From: Planctomycetota bacterium | GTDB lineage: Bacteria; Planctomycetota; UBA1135; UBA2386 | DNA: 64,000 nucleotides | NCBI GenBank assembly: GCA_020638735.1 | Contig: JACKHZ010000009.1 | Span: 185,407 to 249,406, forward strand | Direction of reading: 5' to 3' | In this document: in pieces, positions 36,623-44,144 of the stretch | How the letters are laid out: every line of letters begins with the position of its first letter | Position numbering within the stretch: the stretch's first letter is position 1 | Notes under the pieces: model-generated | Databases searched by the model: none | What the model saw: only the letters and a program-made list of their open reading frames with translations | Told to the model about the DNA's origin: nothing | Translations under genes and position numbers: made by a program

Positions 36623-37597
36623 CTAGCGGACGGCGCGCATCTGCGTCCACTTGGCGCGCAGCGGCTCGTCGACCGGGGCGCGCGCCGCGAGCCAGTCGAG
36701 CTGTTCGTCGCGCCGCGCCAACAGTCGGGCCCGCTCTTCCGGGACCTGGCACGCCACCGCCTTGGTCAGGAACGTGATGGCCGCGGCGTGCCGCACCAAC
36801 CACACGCCCGGCGCCGCCAGCAGCTGCGCGCTGATCTCCTGGAACGCGTCTTCGACCCGCCCTGCCTGCAACACGCCGAGCGCGTGCACGGCGTCGCGCT
36901 CGACCACCTTCGTCGCCACCGGCGGCAACGCCTCGAGCTGTGACAGGCCGAACTCGCCGGTCGCCAGCACGCCGCGCAGCAGCTGCACCAGCCGCCCCTC
37001 GGCGGTCTGCGCGAAGCCGGCGGCGAGCTGCCCGGCGAACCCGTCGGCGCGCGCGTGGTCGAAGCCCCGCTCCGCCGCCTGCCAGCAGCGCAGCAGGTCG
37101 GCCGCGTCGTCGCTGCCGTCCATCGCCCGCTCGGTGTAGGTGATCACCTGCTGCAGCATGGTCGCCGACTCGGCGATCTCGCCGGTGAAGCCCTGCTGAC
37201 GCGCCATCAGGATGCGGGCGCCGAGGTGCAGCTCGTCGTTGCTCGCCTCCGGCCGCGCCGCGACCGCGCCGAACAGCTCGTAGGCCCGTTCGACGCTGCC
37301 GCGCCACAGCTCGATCGAGGCCTGCGCCGCCAGCAGATCCGCCGCGGTCTTGGCGTCGGGCTGCTGCTTCAGCCCGGCCATCAGCTTGGACAGCGCGCCG
37401 TCGTCAGGTCGCTCCTGCTGCAGCTCGCGCGCCGTGTCGTCGAGCAGCCGCCGCCGCTCCGCTGCGGCGTCCGCGACGCCCTTCCACCAGGTGAAGCCGA
37501 AGTAGCCGGCCACCGCGACGACGAGGCCGATCGGCAGCAGCACGCGGGGATTGGCGAACGGCGAGGCCGATCGGCCGCGCGACGGGGACTTGGACAT
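36623..37597 (-). CDS. Membrane-anchored all-helical (TPR-like) protein, hypothetical
   Basis: Last 324 codons of ORF 36623..38623. The ATG (37595-37597) lies 2 nt after the upstream gene's stop. N-terminal TM helix VLLPIGLVVAVAGYFGFTWW. The remainder is helical and Ala/Leu-rich but not Arg-biased. Confidence 0.6.
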   Translation of the reverse strand: MSKSPSRGRSASPFANPRVLLPIGLVVAVAGYFGFTWWKGVADAAAERRRLLDDTARELQQERPDDGALSKLMAGLKQQPDAKTAADLLAAQASIELWRGSVERAYELFGAVAARPEASNDELHLGARILMARQQGFTGEIAESATMLQQVITYTERAMDGSDDAADLLRCWQAAERGFDHARADGFAGQLAAGFAQTAEGRLVQLLRGVLATGEFGLSQLEALPPVATKVVERDAVHALGVLQAGRVEDAFQEISAQLLAAPGVWLVRHAAAITFLTKAVACQVPEERARLLARRDEQLDWLAARAPVDEPLRAKWTQMRAVR

Positions 37598-37599
37598 GC

Positions 37600-38985
37600 T
37601 CACGTCAGTTTGACGACGATCATCGTCGTGTCGTCCTCGACATCGTCGCTGCCGACGTGGTCGCGGATGGTCTGCTCGACGCCGGCGAGCACCTGGTCGG
37701 CGCTGCGATCGCGCAGCGTGCCCAGCAGCTCCAGCAGGCGCGGCACGCCGAACACCTCGCGCTCCGGCGACATCGCCTCGTCGACGCCGTCCGTGTGCAG
37801 GAACAGCACGTCGCCCTGGCGCAGCTCGATCGTCGGACTCGCCTCGTAGGTCTGGTCGCCGACGACGCCGAGCACCATGCCGGTCTTCTCCAGCACGCGC
37901 GCGCCGCCTTCCTGCACCAGCACGAGGCCCGGGTGGCCGGCGTTGACGTACTGCAACGTGCGCTGGGCCGGGTCGACGATCACCAGCAGCAGCGACATGA
38001 AGTTGCCCGTCTCGACGCCGTCGACCAGCCGCTGGTTGACCTTGCCGACGACCGTCGCGGCGTCGTCCAGCAGCTCGAGGTAGCTGCGCAGGGCGGCCTG
38101 CACGGCGTGGGTCAGCAGCGCCGCGCCGACGCCGTGGCCGGTGACGTCGCCGATCATCACCGCCAACCGACCGCCGCTCAGCTTGACGAAGTCGTAGGTG
38201 TCGCCCGACGCCTGCTCGGCGGCCTGGTAACGACACGCCACGTCGACGCCGATGAGGTCGTCGGGCAGGCTCGGCAGCAGGTGCTGCTGGATGCGCCGCG
38301 CGATCTCCACGTCCTTCTGCAGCCGCGCCTTCTCCAGCGAATCGGCGTGCAGGCGCGCGTTCTCGACCGAGATCGCCAGCTGCGCCGAGATCGCGCCGAA
38401 CAGCGCCAGGTCGCGCGACGAGAACTCGCGACGCACCGCGCGCGAGTCGACGTAGATCACGCCGACGACGCGGTCCTTGGCGCGCATCGGCGCGCACATC
38501 ACGGCGCGCAGCTTGAGGTCGTAGACCGACCTGCCGAGCTCGAGCGCCTCCTGGTCCGACTGCACGACCGATCGCACCGCGAGCCCTTCCTCGAGGCAGC
38601 GGCGCACGAGGCTGCGGCTCCACTGCAGCTCGCCGGTCAACATCTGGCCTTCCTTGTCCTGGGCCAGACGCACCGTCAGCTCCTCGGGGCTGCTGCCCAG
38701 CAGCACGATCGCCCGCTCGGCCTTGGTGACCTGCAGCGAGCGATCGACGATGTCGCGCAGCACGCCGTCGAGGTCGATGTTGGCGGTGACCGCCGCGATC
38801 GTGTCGAGCAGGATCTCGAGCGACCTGGAGTCCTCGGTGGCGTCACCGGTGAGGATCGTCGACGGGGTCGAGCGCTCGAGCTCGGGCGCCTGTGCCGTCG
38901 GCGCCCGCCGCGGCTCCTCGGGTTTGCGTGACCAGGGCCATTTCATCGCCGCGAGCACTCTAGCAACCGCGCCGAGCCGGTCCAT
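37600..38985 (-). CDS. GAF domain plus PP2C/SpoIIE-type serine phosphatase (RsbU-like)
   Basis: GAF region (ERAIVLL...VVGVIYVDS). PP2C motifs ASGDTYDF, IGDVTGHGVGAAL, YVNAGHP, FLHTDGV. The start may be Met47 (38985) or Met60 (38946) of ORF 37600..39123. Confidence 0.85.
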   Translation of the reverse strand: MDRLGAVARVLAAMKWPWSRKPEEPRRAPTAQAPELERSTPSTILTGDATEDSRSLEILLDTIAAVTANIDLDGVLRDIVDRSLQVTKAERAIVLLGSSPEELTVRLAQDKEGQMLTGELQWSRSLVRRCLEEGLAVRSVVQSDQEALELGRSVYDLKLRAVMCAPMRAKDRVVGVIYVDSRAVRREFSSRDLALFGAISAQLAISVENARLHADSLEKARLQKDVEIARRIQQHLLPSLPDDLIGVDVACRYQAAEQASGDTYDFVKLSGGRLAVMIGDVTGHGVGAALLTHAVQAALRSYLELLDDAATVVGKVNQRLVDGVETGNFMSLLLVIVDPAQRTLQYVNAGHPGLVLVQEGGARVLEKTGMVLGVVGDQTYEASPTIELRQGDVLFLHTDGVDEAMSPEREVFGVPRLLELLGTLRDRSADQVLAGVEQTIRDHVGSDDVEDDTTMIVVKLT

Positions 38986-39109
38986 CGCGCTCCCGCCCCG
39001 GCGCGACAGTTCCGGGCAGAATGGCGCCTGAGCCTCGTTGCGCAGAACCCCACCAACCGCCAGAATCGCCCGACCCGCAAGGGCAGCCCTCTTCCGAAGT
39101 CGCGAAGCC

Positions 39110-39874
39110 ATGAAGATCGACAAGTCCCTCCACGACGACTACGCCACCCTCACGCTCAAGGGTGAGTTCGACACGTTCTACTGCCCGGCGCTGATGGAGG
39201 AGGTCGAGGACCTCGTCGAACGCGGCATCAGCTACCTGATCCTCGACATGCACCTGGTCAAGTTCATCAACTCGACCGCGCTCGGGGCCGTGATCAAGGC
39301 GCACAAGCGTTGCCGCGCCGAGGACGGTGACCTGGTCATCGCCCAGCCGTCGCCGTTCGTGCGCGACGTCATCACCAAGGTCGGCATCGACAAGCTGATC
39401 GACCTGCACCCGGACGAGGCCGCAGCGACGAAGGCGATCATCAAGCACCTCAACAAGCGCGAGTTCACGGGCGAGGCGCCGGTGGACCAGGAGAAGGTGC
39501 TGGTGACCTTCCCGGACGACACGCGCAACGCCATGCTGCCGCCGAAGAAGAAGGTGCTGGTCGGCAAGATCGCCAACGTCGACGGCCAGAAGATGCAGTT
39601 CCTCTGGAACGGCAGCGCCGCCGGCTTCAACGCCGACCAGGCCAAGCCGCTGTTCTTCGCGGGCGGCGAGATGAACCTGAAGTTCCAGGTCAAGATGATC
39701 AAGAAGAGCTACTTCGAGATCACCGGCGAGAGCGCTGGCGTCGAGCCCGCCGGCGACGACGGCACCGTGCGCGTCACCGTCAAGTACAAGAAGATCCCCG
39801 ACGCCGACCGCGACGCGCTGAGCCAGTTCGCCAGCGACATGGCGTTCCTGAAGCAGCAGCTGCCGGGCAAGTAG
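39110..39874 (+). CDS. STAS domain (anti-sigma-factor-antagonist-like) protein with an extra ~130-aa C-terminal beta-rich domain
   Basis: ATG at 39110 in the frame of ORF 39038..39874. STAS core TLKGEFDTFYCPALMEEV...LILDMHLVKFINSTALGAVI. The C-terminal part (KVLVGKIANVDGQKMQF...LKFQVKMIKKSYFEITG) is of uncertain family; PilZ-like barrel is only a guess. Confidence 0.8.
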   Translation: MKIDKSLHDDYATLTLKGEFDTFYCPALMEEVEDLVERGISYLILDMHLVKFINSTALGAVIKAHKRCRAEDGDLVIAQPSPFVRDVITKVGIDKLIDLHPDEAAATKAIIKHLNKREFTGEAPVDQEKVLVTFPDDTRNAMLPPKKKVLVGKIANVDGQKMQFLWNGSAAGFNADQAKPLFFAGGEMNLKFQVKMIKKSYFEITGESAGVEPAGDDGTVRVTVKYKKIPDADRDALSQFASDMAFLKQQLPGK

Positions 39875-39892
39875 CCCGGCGGAGCCGGGCTA
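39872..39892 (+). terminator. Hairpin overlapping the STAS gene stop codon
   Basis: TAGCCCGGC-GGA-GCCGGGCTA: 9-bp perfect stem, 3-nt loop, starting at the TAG stop (39872-39874). No U-tract. Confidence 0.4.
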
Positions 39893-40009
39893 CACTGCCC
39901 GGCAGAGCTGCGTCAGGAACACCACGTGTTTCTCCGCCGCAGCTGCTCGAAGGCCTGCGCCGCCGATTCGAGCCCACCGCTCGCGCACGCTGCGGCGGGA
40001 TGCCGCGCT

Positions 40010-40204
40010 GCGCGCGGCGCCTGCGGCGCGCGCCAAGGCGCGCTTGCCGGATCGCGCTGCACGGCTGAGCACTTCACCAACGCGCTGAGCTCCGCGACGT
40101 AGCCAAACCTCGCCTGGCCCGCGAACTGGCGCGCGCCGCAGGCGCCGCGCGCTGGTGCGCGCCGCAGGCGCCGCACGCTGGTGCGCGCCGCAGGCGCCGC
40201 ACGC
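40010..40204. repeat. 26-nt GC-rich repeat: one inverted copy plus three direct tandem copies
   Basis: GCGCGCGGCGCCTGCGGCGCGCGCCA at 40010-40035 is the exact reverse complement of TGGCGCGCGCCGCAGGCGCCGCGCGC at 40127-40152. Two further tandem copies sit at 40153-40178 and 40179-40204, identical to each other and 2 mismatches from the first. Confidence 0.9.
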
Positions 40205-40228
40205 ACGCGCGAAGCGCTCGGCGTGGGC

Positions 40229-40329
40229 GAGGTGCGTCTGCGGGCGCCGTGGGCAAGGAGCGAAGCGGAGGCGGCCTCCTGGCCGCCGAGCATTCGCGAC
40301 GCCGCCCACGGTGTCCGCAGACGCGCCTC
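40229..40329. other. ~100-nt extended stem-loop immediately downstream of rpmH
   Basis: 25-nt arms at 40229-40253 and 40305-40329: 22 Watson-Crick pairs plus 3 positions that are G-U on the plus-strand transcript. Inner helices at 40260-64/40293-97 and 40270-76/40281-87 (loop TCCT). Confidence 0.7.
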
Positions 40330-40340
40330 GCCCGCGCCGA

Positions 40341-40475
40341 TCAGCCGACGCGGAACTTGCCGGAGCGCTTGATCTTCCGCTTGATGACCTTGCGGCCGCC
40401 AGCGGTCTTGCTGCGGGTGCGGAATCCGACCTTCTTCAGGCGCTTCAACTTGGAACGGCGGACCTTGAGCTTCAT
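40341..40475 (-). CDS. rpmH: 50S ribosomal protein L34
   Basis: A 45-codon ORF, below the ORF-track size cut-off, translated by hand: MKLKVRRSKLKRLKKVGFRTRSKTAGGRKVIKRKIKRSGKFRVG. It keeps the L34 core pattern KR-x4-GFR-x-R-x2-T-x2-GR-x-V-x2-R. CAT at 40473-40475, TCA at 40341-40343. Confidence 0.75.
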   Translation of the reverse strand: MKLKVRRSKLKRLKKVGFRTRSKTAGGRKVIKRKIKRSGKFRVG

Positions 40476-40641
40476 GGCAGTAGTCGGATTGCGGGGGCGA
40501 GGAGGCTAGCGGCGGAATTGGCGGTCGTCAATGCTTCCGCTTCGCCTTTCTGCCACCTGGCGTGGATCCGGGTCCACCTCCCCCGCCTAACCCGGCGGGT
40601 CGGCTCTTGGAGCCGCGGGGCCGGGCCGGCATCGTGCGGCG

Positions 40642-41916
40642 ATGCGCATCTTGCTGGTCAGCCACGGATTGCCGCCCGACAGCGTCGGCGGTGTCGAGCA
40701 ACACGTCAGCGGCCTGGCCGCAGCGTTGGCAGCGGCTGGTCACGAAGTCGAGGTGTTGGCGCGGTGGCACGGGCCGGGCCGGGCGCAGGGTTCGTTCGAG
40801 CAGACGGTCAACGGCAACCCGGCGGTGTTCCGCATCACCTACCGCTGGGAAGGGGTCGACTCGCTGGCGGCGATGTACACGTGCGCGCCGATGGCCGACG
40901 GCGTCGCCGCGTTCCTGGCGGCGCGTGCTGCGGCGGGCGCGCGCTACGACGTCGCCCACGTGCACCACCTGACCGGCATGTCGGTCGATTCGCTGGCGAA
41001 GCTGCGCGCGGCCGGCGTGCCGACGGTGCTGACGCTGCACGACTACTGGCTGTTCTGCCCGCGCGGGCAGATGTTCCACAAGCGTGAGGAGGTCTGCGAG
41101 ACGGCGACCGTGGCGCGCTGCGCCGACTGCCTGAAGCAGACCTTTCCGTGGTGGCTGAAGAACGAGCCCGAGGCGCAGGTGCAGGCGCTGCACCAGCGCG
41201 CGCTGGCGACGCTGGCGATCCCGCAGCGGCTGGTGGTGCCGAGCGGCCGCGCGGCGCCGCCGTTCGTCGCGCTCGGCGTGCCGGCCGCACGCATCGCCGT
41301 GGTCGAGAACGGCGTCGACACCGAGCGCCTCGAGCGGCTGCCGGCGCCGGCCGCCGGCCCCGGACCGCTGCGGCTCGGCTACTTCGGCACGGTGATGCCG
41401 AGCAAGGGCCTCGACGTGCTGATCCGCGCCGTGCTGGCGCTACCGCGCGGCACGGTCGAGCTGCACGTGCACGGCAACGTCGTGCCCTACCACGGCGACG
41501 AGAGCTACACGACGAAGTGCCTGATGCAGCTCGAGCCCGGCTGCGGGGTCACCTACCACGGCCCCTACTCGCTCGACGAGCTGGCGCCGCGCATGGCCTC
41601 GGTCGACGTGCTGGCGGCGCCGGCGCTGTGGCACGAGGCGTTCGGCCTGACCGTGCGCGAAGCGCTGGCCGCCGGCCGGCCGGTGCTGGTCAGCCGGGTC
41701 GGCGGCCTGCAGGACGCGGTCGCCGACGGGCAGCAGGGGCGGGTGCTGCCGCCCGGCGACGTGCCGGCCTGGACGGCCGCGATCCGCGAGCTGGCCGAGG
41801 ACCGCGGGCTGGTCGCGAGGTGGTCGGCGGCGGCACGCGGCCGCGCCCGCGGCTTCGCGGCGATGGCCGACGACCTCGTTCGGGTCTACGCCGCGGCGCG
41901 GACCGGCACCGACTGA
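40642..41916 (+). CDS. Glycosyltransferase, GT-B fold (group 1 / GT4-like)
   Basis: MRILLVSHGLPPDSVGGVEQHV. C-terminal EAFGLTVREALAAGRPVLVSRVGGL (EX7E-type region). Confidence 0.8.
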   Translation: MRILLVSHGLPPDSVGGVEQHVSGLAAALAAAGHEVEVLARWHGPGRAQGSFEQTVNGNPAVFRITYRWEGVDSLAAMYTCAPMADGVAAFLAARAAAGARYDVAHVHHLTGMSVDSLAKLRAAGVPTVLTLHDYWLFCPRGQMFHKREEVCETATVARCADCLKQTFPWWLKNEPEAQVQALHQRALATLAIPQRLVVPSGRAAPPFVALGVPAARIAVVENGVDTERLERLPAPAAGPGPLRLGYFGTVMPSKGLDVLIRAVLALPRGTVELHVHGNVVPYHGDESYTTKCLMQLEPGCGVTYHGPYSLDELAPRMASVDVLAAPALWHEAFGLTVREALAAGRPVLVSRVGGLQDAVADGQQGRVLPPGDVPAWTAAIRELAEDRGLVARWSAAARGRARGFAAMADDLVRVYAAARTGTD

Positions 41917-42108
41917 CGGACGGATCCGGCCGCCGCGAGTCGCCGCCGCACCGGGCCCGGATCTTGCTTTGCCCGGCGCCGGCTCCTACGCTGCGCGGCC
42001 TTTTCTCCAGCCCGGCCGCCCGCGAACCCTGGCGGCGGAGCGCGATTTCCGCCTCCGCGAAGGTTCCGAACCTGCACCGGGCCGCTCCGAGAGACCTGCG
42101 AACTGACG

Positions 42109-43422
42109 ATGACGGACACGGTCACGAACGACTCCCGCCCGCTCGACCCCACTGCCCTGCTGGCTGGCGACCTCACCCCCGCCAGGCTCGCGTCCTTCCG
42201 GACGGCAGCCTTCCAGTCGGTCGACTCGTTCCAATCGCTGCGCGAGTGGCTGTTCGATCCGCGCGCGCAAGGCGTCGCGCGCGGCGTCGCGCTGTGGGCG
42301 CTCGGCCGCAACGAGGACGCGGTCCCGCTGCTCAGCGCCGGCAAGGACAACGCGACCGTCGCGCTGTGCCTCGCCGACTGCCACGCCGCGCTCGGCCAGC
42401 TCGACCAGGTCAAGGCGCTGCTGCCCAAGCGCGACAGCGACCCGGCGCAGGCGTTGGTGTGGCTTCGCGCGCTCGACAGCGTCAACGACGCCGAACAGCT
42501 GTCGGCGGCGGTGCCGAAGCTCTCGGGTCTGCTGCAGCCGACCGACCAGATGTACTTCAAGGGCCGCGTGCTCGAGCTCGAGCACGACATCGAGGCGGCG
42601 ATCGCCGCCTACGACGACGTGCTGGCCAGCGACGAGAACCACAAGCAGGCGCTGTTCCGCCTGGCGCTCAACGTCGACCTGCGCGGCGAAGACGAAGAGG
42701 CGCGCGAGCTCTACGAGCGCGCGCTGCTGGCCCCGCCGGTCAACGTCGCCTGCGTCGTCAATCTCGGCATCCTCTACGAGGACATGGGCAACTACCGCCG
42801 CGCGATGCAGTGCTTCGACCTGGCGCTGCAGGCCCACCCGGACAACGCCCGGGCGCGCCTCTATCGCCGCGACGCCGCCGCCGCGCTCAACATGTACTAC
42901 GACGAGGACCAGGAGCGCCGAGACGACAAGCGCAACAAGCTCCTGCGCACCCCGATCAACGACTTCGAGCTGTCGGTGCGGTCGCGCAACTGCCTCGCGA
43001 AGATGAACATCCGCACGCTCGGCGACCTGGTCAAGAAGACCGAGGCCGAGCTGCTCAGCTACAAGAACTTCGGCGAGACGTCGCTGACCGAGATAAAGGA
43101 GATCCTGAAGAACAAGGGCCTCCGCCTCGGCATGACCAACGACGAGCTGATGCACCGCGACCTCGGCGAGGCCGCCGAGGCGCCGACCGTCACCGAAGAG
43201 GTCGCCGACCCGAACAGCCCGGACCCGGCGCGCCGCCCGATCAGCGAGCTCGACCTGTCGGTGCGTTCGCGCCGCATCGTCGACCTGCTGAAGATCCGCA
43301 CCATCGGCGACCTCTCGGGCAAGACCGAGGCGGAGCTGCTGGCGTGCCCGAACTTCGGCCAGACGTCGCTGAACGAGATCAAGACCAAGCTCGACGAGTT
43401 CGGTCTGTCGCTGCGCGGCTGA
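42109..43422 (+). CDS. TPR-repeat protein with two RNA polymerase alpha-subunit C-terminal-domain (alpha-CTD) copies
   Basis: TPR-like region (YFKGRVLELEHDIEAAIAAYDDVL..., LGILYEDMGNYRRAMQCFDLAL). Two HhH-type alpha-CTD modules: INDFELSVRSRNCLAKMNIRTLGDLVKKTEAELLSYKNFGETSLTEIKEIL (nt ~42940-43131) and ISELDLSVRSRRIVDLLKIRTIGDLSGKTEAELLACPNFGQTSLNEIKTKL (nt ~43234-43419). Confidence 0.85.
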   Translation: MTDTVTNDSRPLDPTALLAGDLTPARLASFRTAAFQSVDSFQSLREWLFDPRAQGVARGVALWALGRNEDAVPLLSAGKDNATVALCLADCHAALGQLDQVKALLPKRDSDPAQALVWLRALDSVNDAEQLSAAVPKLSGLLQPTDQMYFKGRVLELEHDIEAAIAAYDDVLASDENHKQALFRLALNVDLRGEDEEARELYERALLAPPVNVACVVNLGILYEDMGNYRRAMQCFDLALQAHPDNARARLYRRDAAAALNMYYDEDQERRDDKRNKLLRTPINDFELSVRSRNCLAKMNIRTLGDLVKKTEAELLSYKNFGETSLTEIKEILKNKGLRLGMTNDELMHRDLGEAAEAPTVTEEVADPNSPDPARRPISELDLSVRSRRIVDLLKIRTIGDLSGKTEAELLACPNFGQTSLNEIKTKLDEFGLSLRG

Positions 43423-43489
43423 TCCGCGCGTGCGGCGGGGAGCAGCCCGCTTCCCGCCTGAACAGCACCACCCCACCACCGCCCCCCGC

Positions 43490-44083
43490 GTGTACGACCA
43501 CCTGCTCGGGGAGATCGTCGAGAAGCACGCCTCGCGCGTCGTCGTGCGCTGCGCCGGCGTCGGCTACGACGTGCGCGTCAGCCTCAACTCGGCGACGCAG
43601 CTGCAGGTCGGCGCGACGCAGAAGCTGTTCACGGTGCTCAACGTCGTCGACGGCGTGCCGTCGCTGCTCGGCTTCGCCACCGCGGCCGAGCGCGAGCTGG
43701 CGCGGCGCCTGCTCAACGTCACCAACGTCGGGCCCGCGATCGCGCTGGCGCTGCTCAGCGTCTACGCGCCGGCCGACCTCGCCGCCTGCATCGCCCGCGA
43801 CGACGCCGCGGCGCTGAAGGCGGTCAAGGGCGTCGGCCAGAAGACCGCCGAGCGCATCTGCCTCGAGCTGCGCGAGGTCGTCGCCAAGCTCGACCTCGGC
43901 GCCCCCGCCGCGGCGTCCGGCAAGGCGACGTCGGTCGGCGGCGTCGACGACGACGCGATCGCCGCGCTGGTCACGCTCGGCTTCAAGGAGAACGACGCGC
44001 GCACCAAGGTCGACAAGGCGCGCGGCCGGCTCGGCGGCACCGCCGACACCGAGGCGATCGTCAAGGCCGTGCTGCAGATGTAG
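43490..44083 (+). CDS. ruvA: Holliday junction DNA helicase subunit RuvA
   Basis: GTG at 43490 in the frame of ORF 43430..44083. VYDHLLGEIVEK..., LLGFATAAERELARRLLNVTNVGPAIALALL, LKAVKGVGQKTAERI, and C-terminal domain III. Confidence 0.85.
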   Translation: MYDHLLGEIVEKHASRVVVRCAGVGYDVRVSLNSATQLQVGATQKLFTVLNVVDGVPSLLGFATAAERELARRLLNVTNVGPAIALALLSVYAPADLAACIARDDAAALKAVKGVGQKTAERICLELREVVAKLDLGAPAAASGKATSVGGVDDDAIAALVTLGFKENDARTKVDKARGRLGGTADTEAIVKAVLQM

Positions 44084-44144
44084 CGGCGCGTTTTGCCGCC
44101 GCGCGCGGGAACGATCCCGGCAGCGGCGGGCACTTCGGGGCAGC

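Noticed and set aside
40127-40204. CRISPR-like array (three 26-nt direct repeats).
   Set aside because: The repeats are directly abutting with no spacers. There are no cas genes in the window, and only three units.
39890-40309. Possible rnpA (RNase P protein) downstream of rpmH, represented by the 139-aa and 126-aa minus-strand ORFs.
   Set aside because: Both are Arg/Ala-rich, and their internal repeats (AAPAARTS-RRLRRAP) are simply translations of the 26-nt DNA repeat. I could not find the RnpA pattern (basic RNR-type motif in an alpha/beta fold context). A degraded pseudogene cannot be fully excluded without a profile search.
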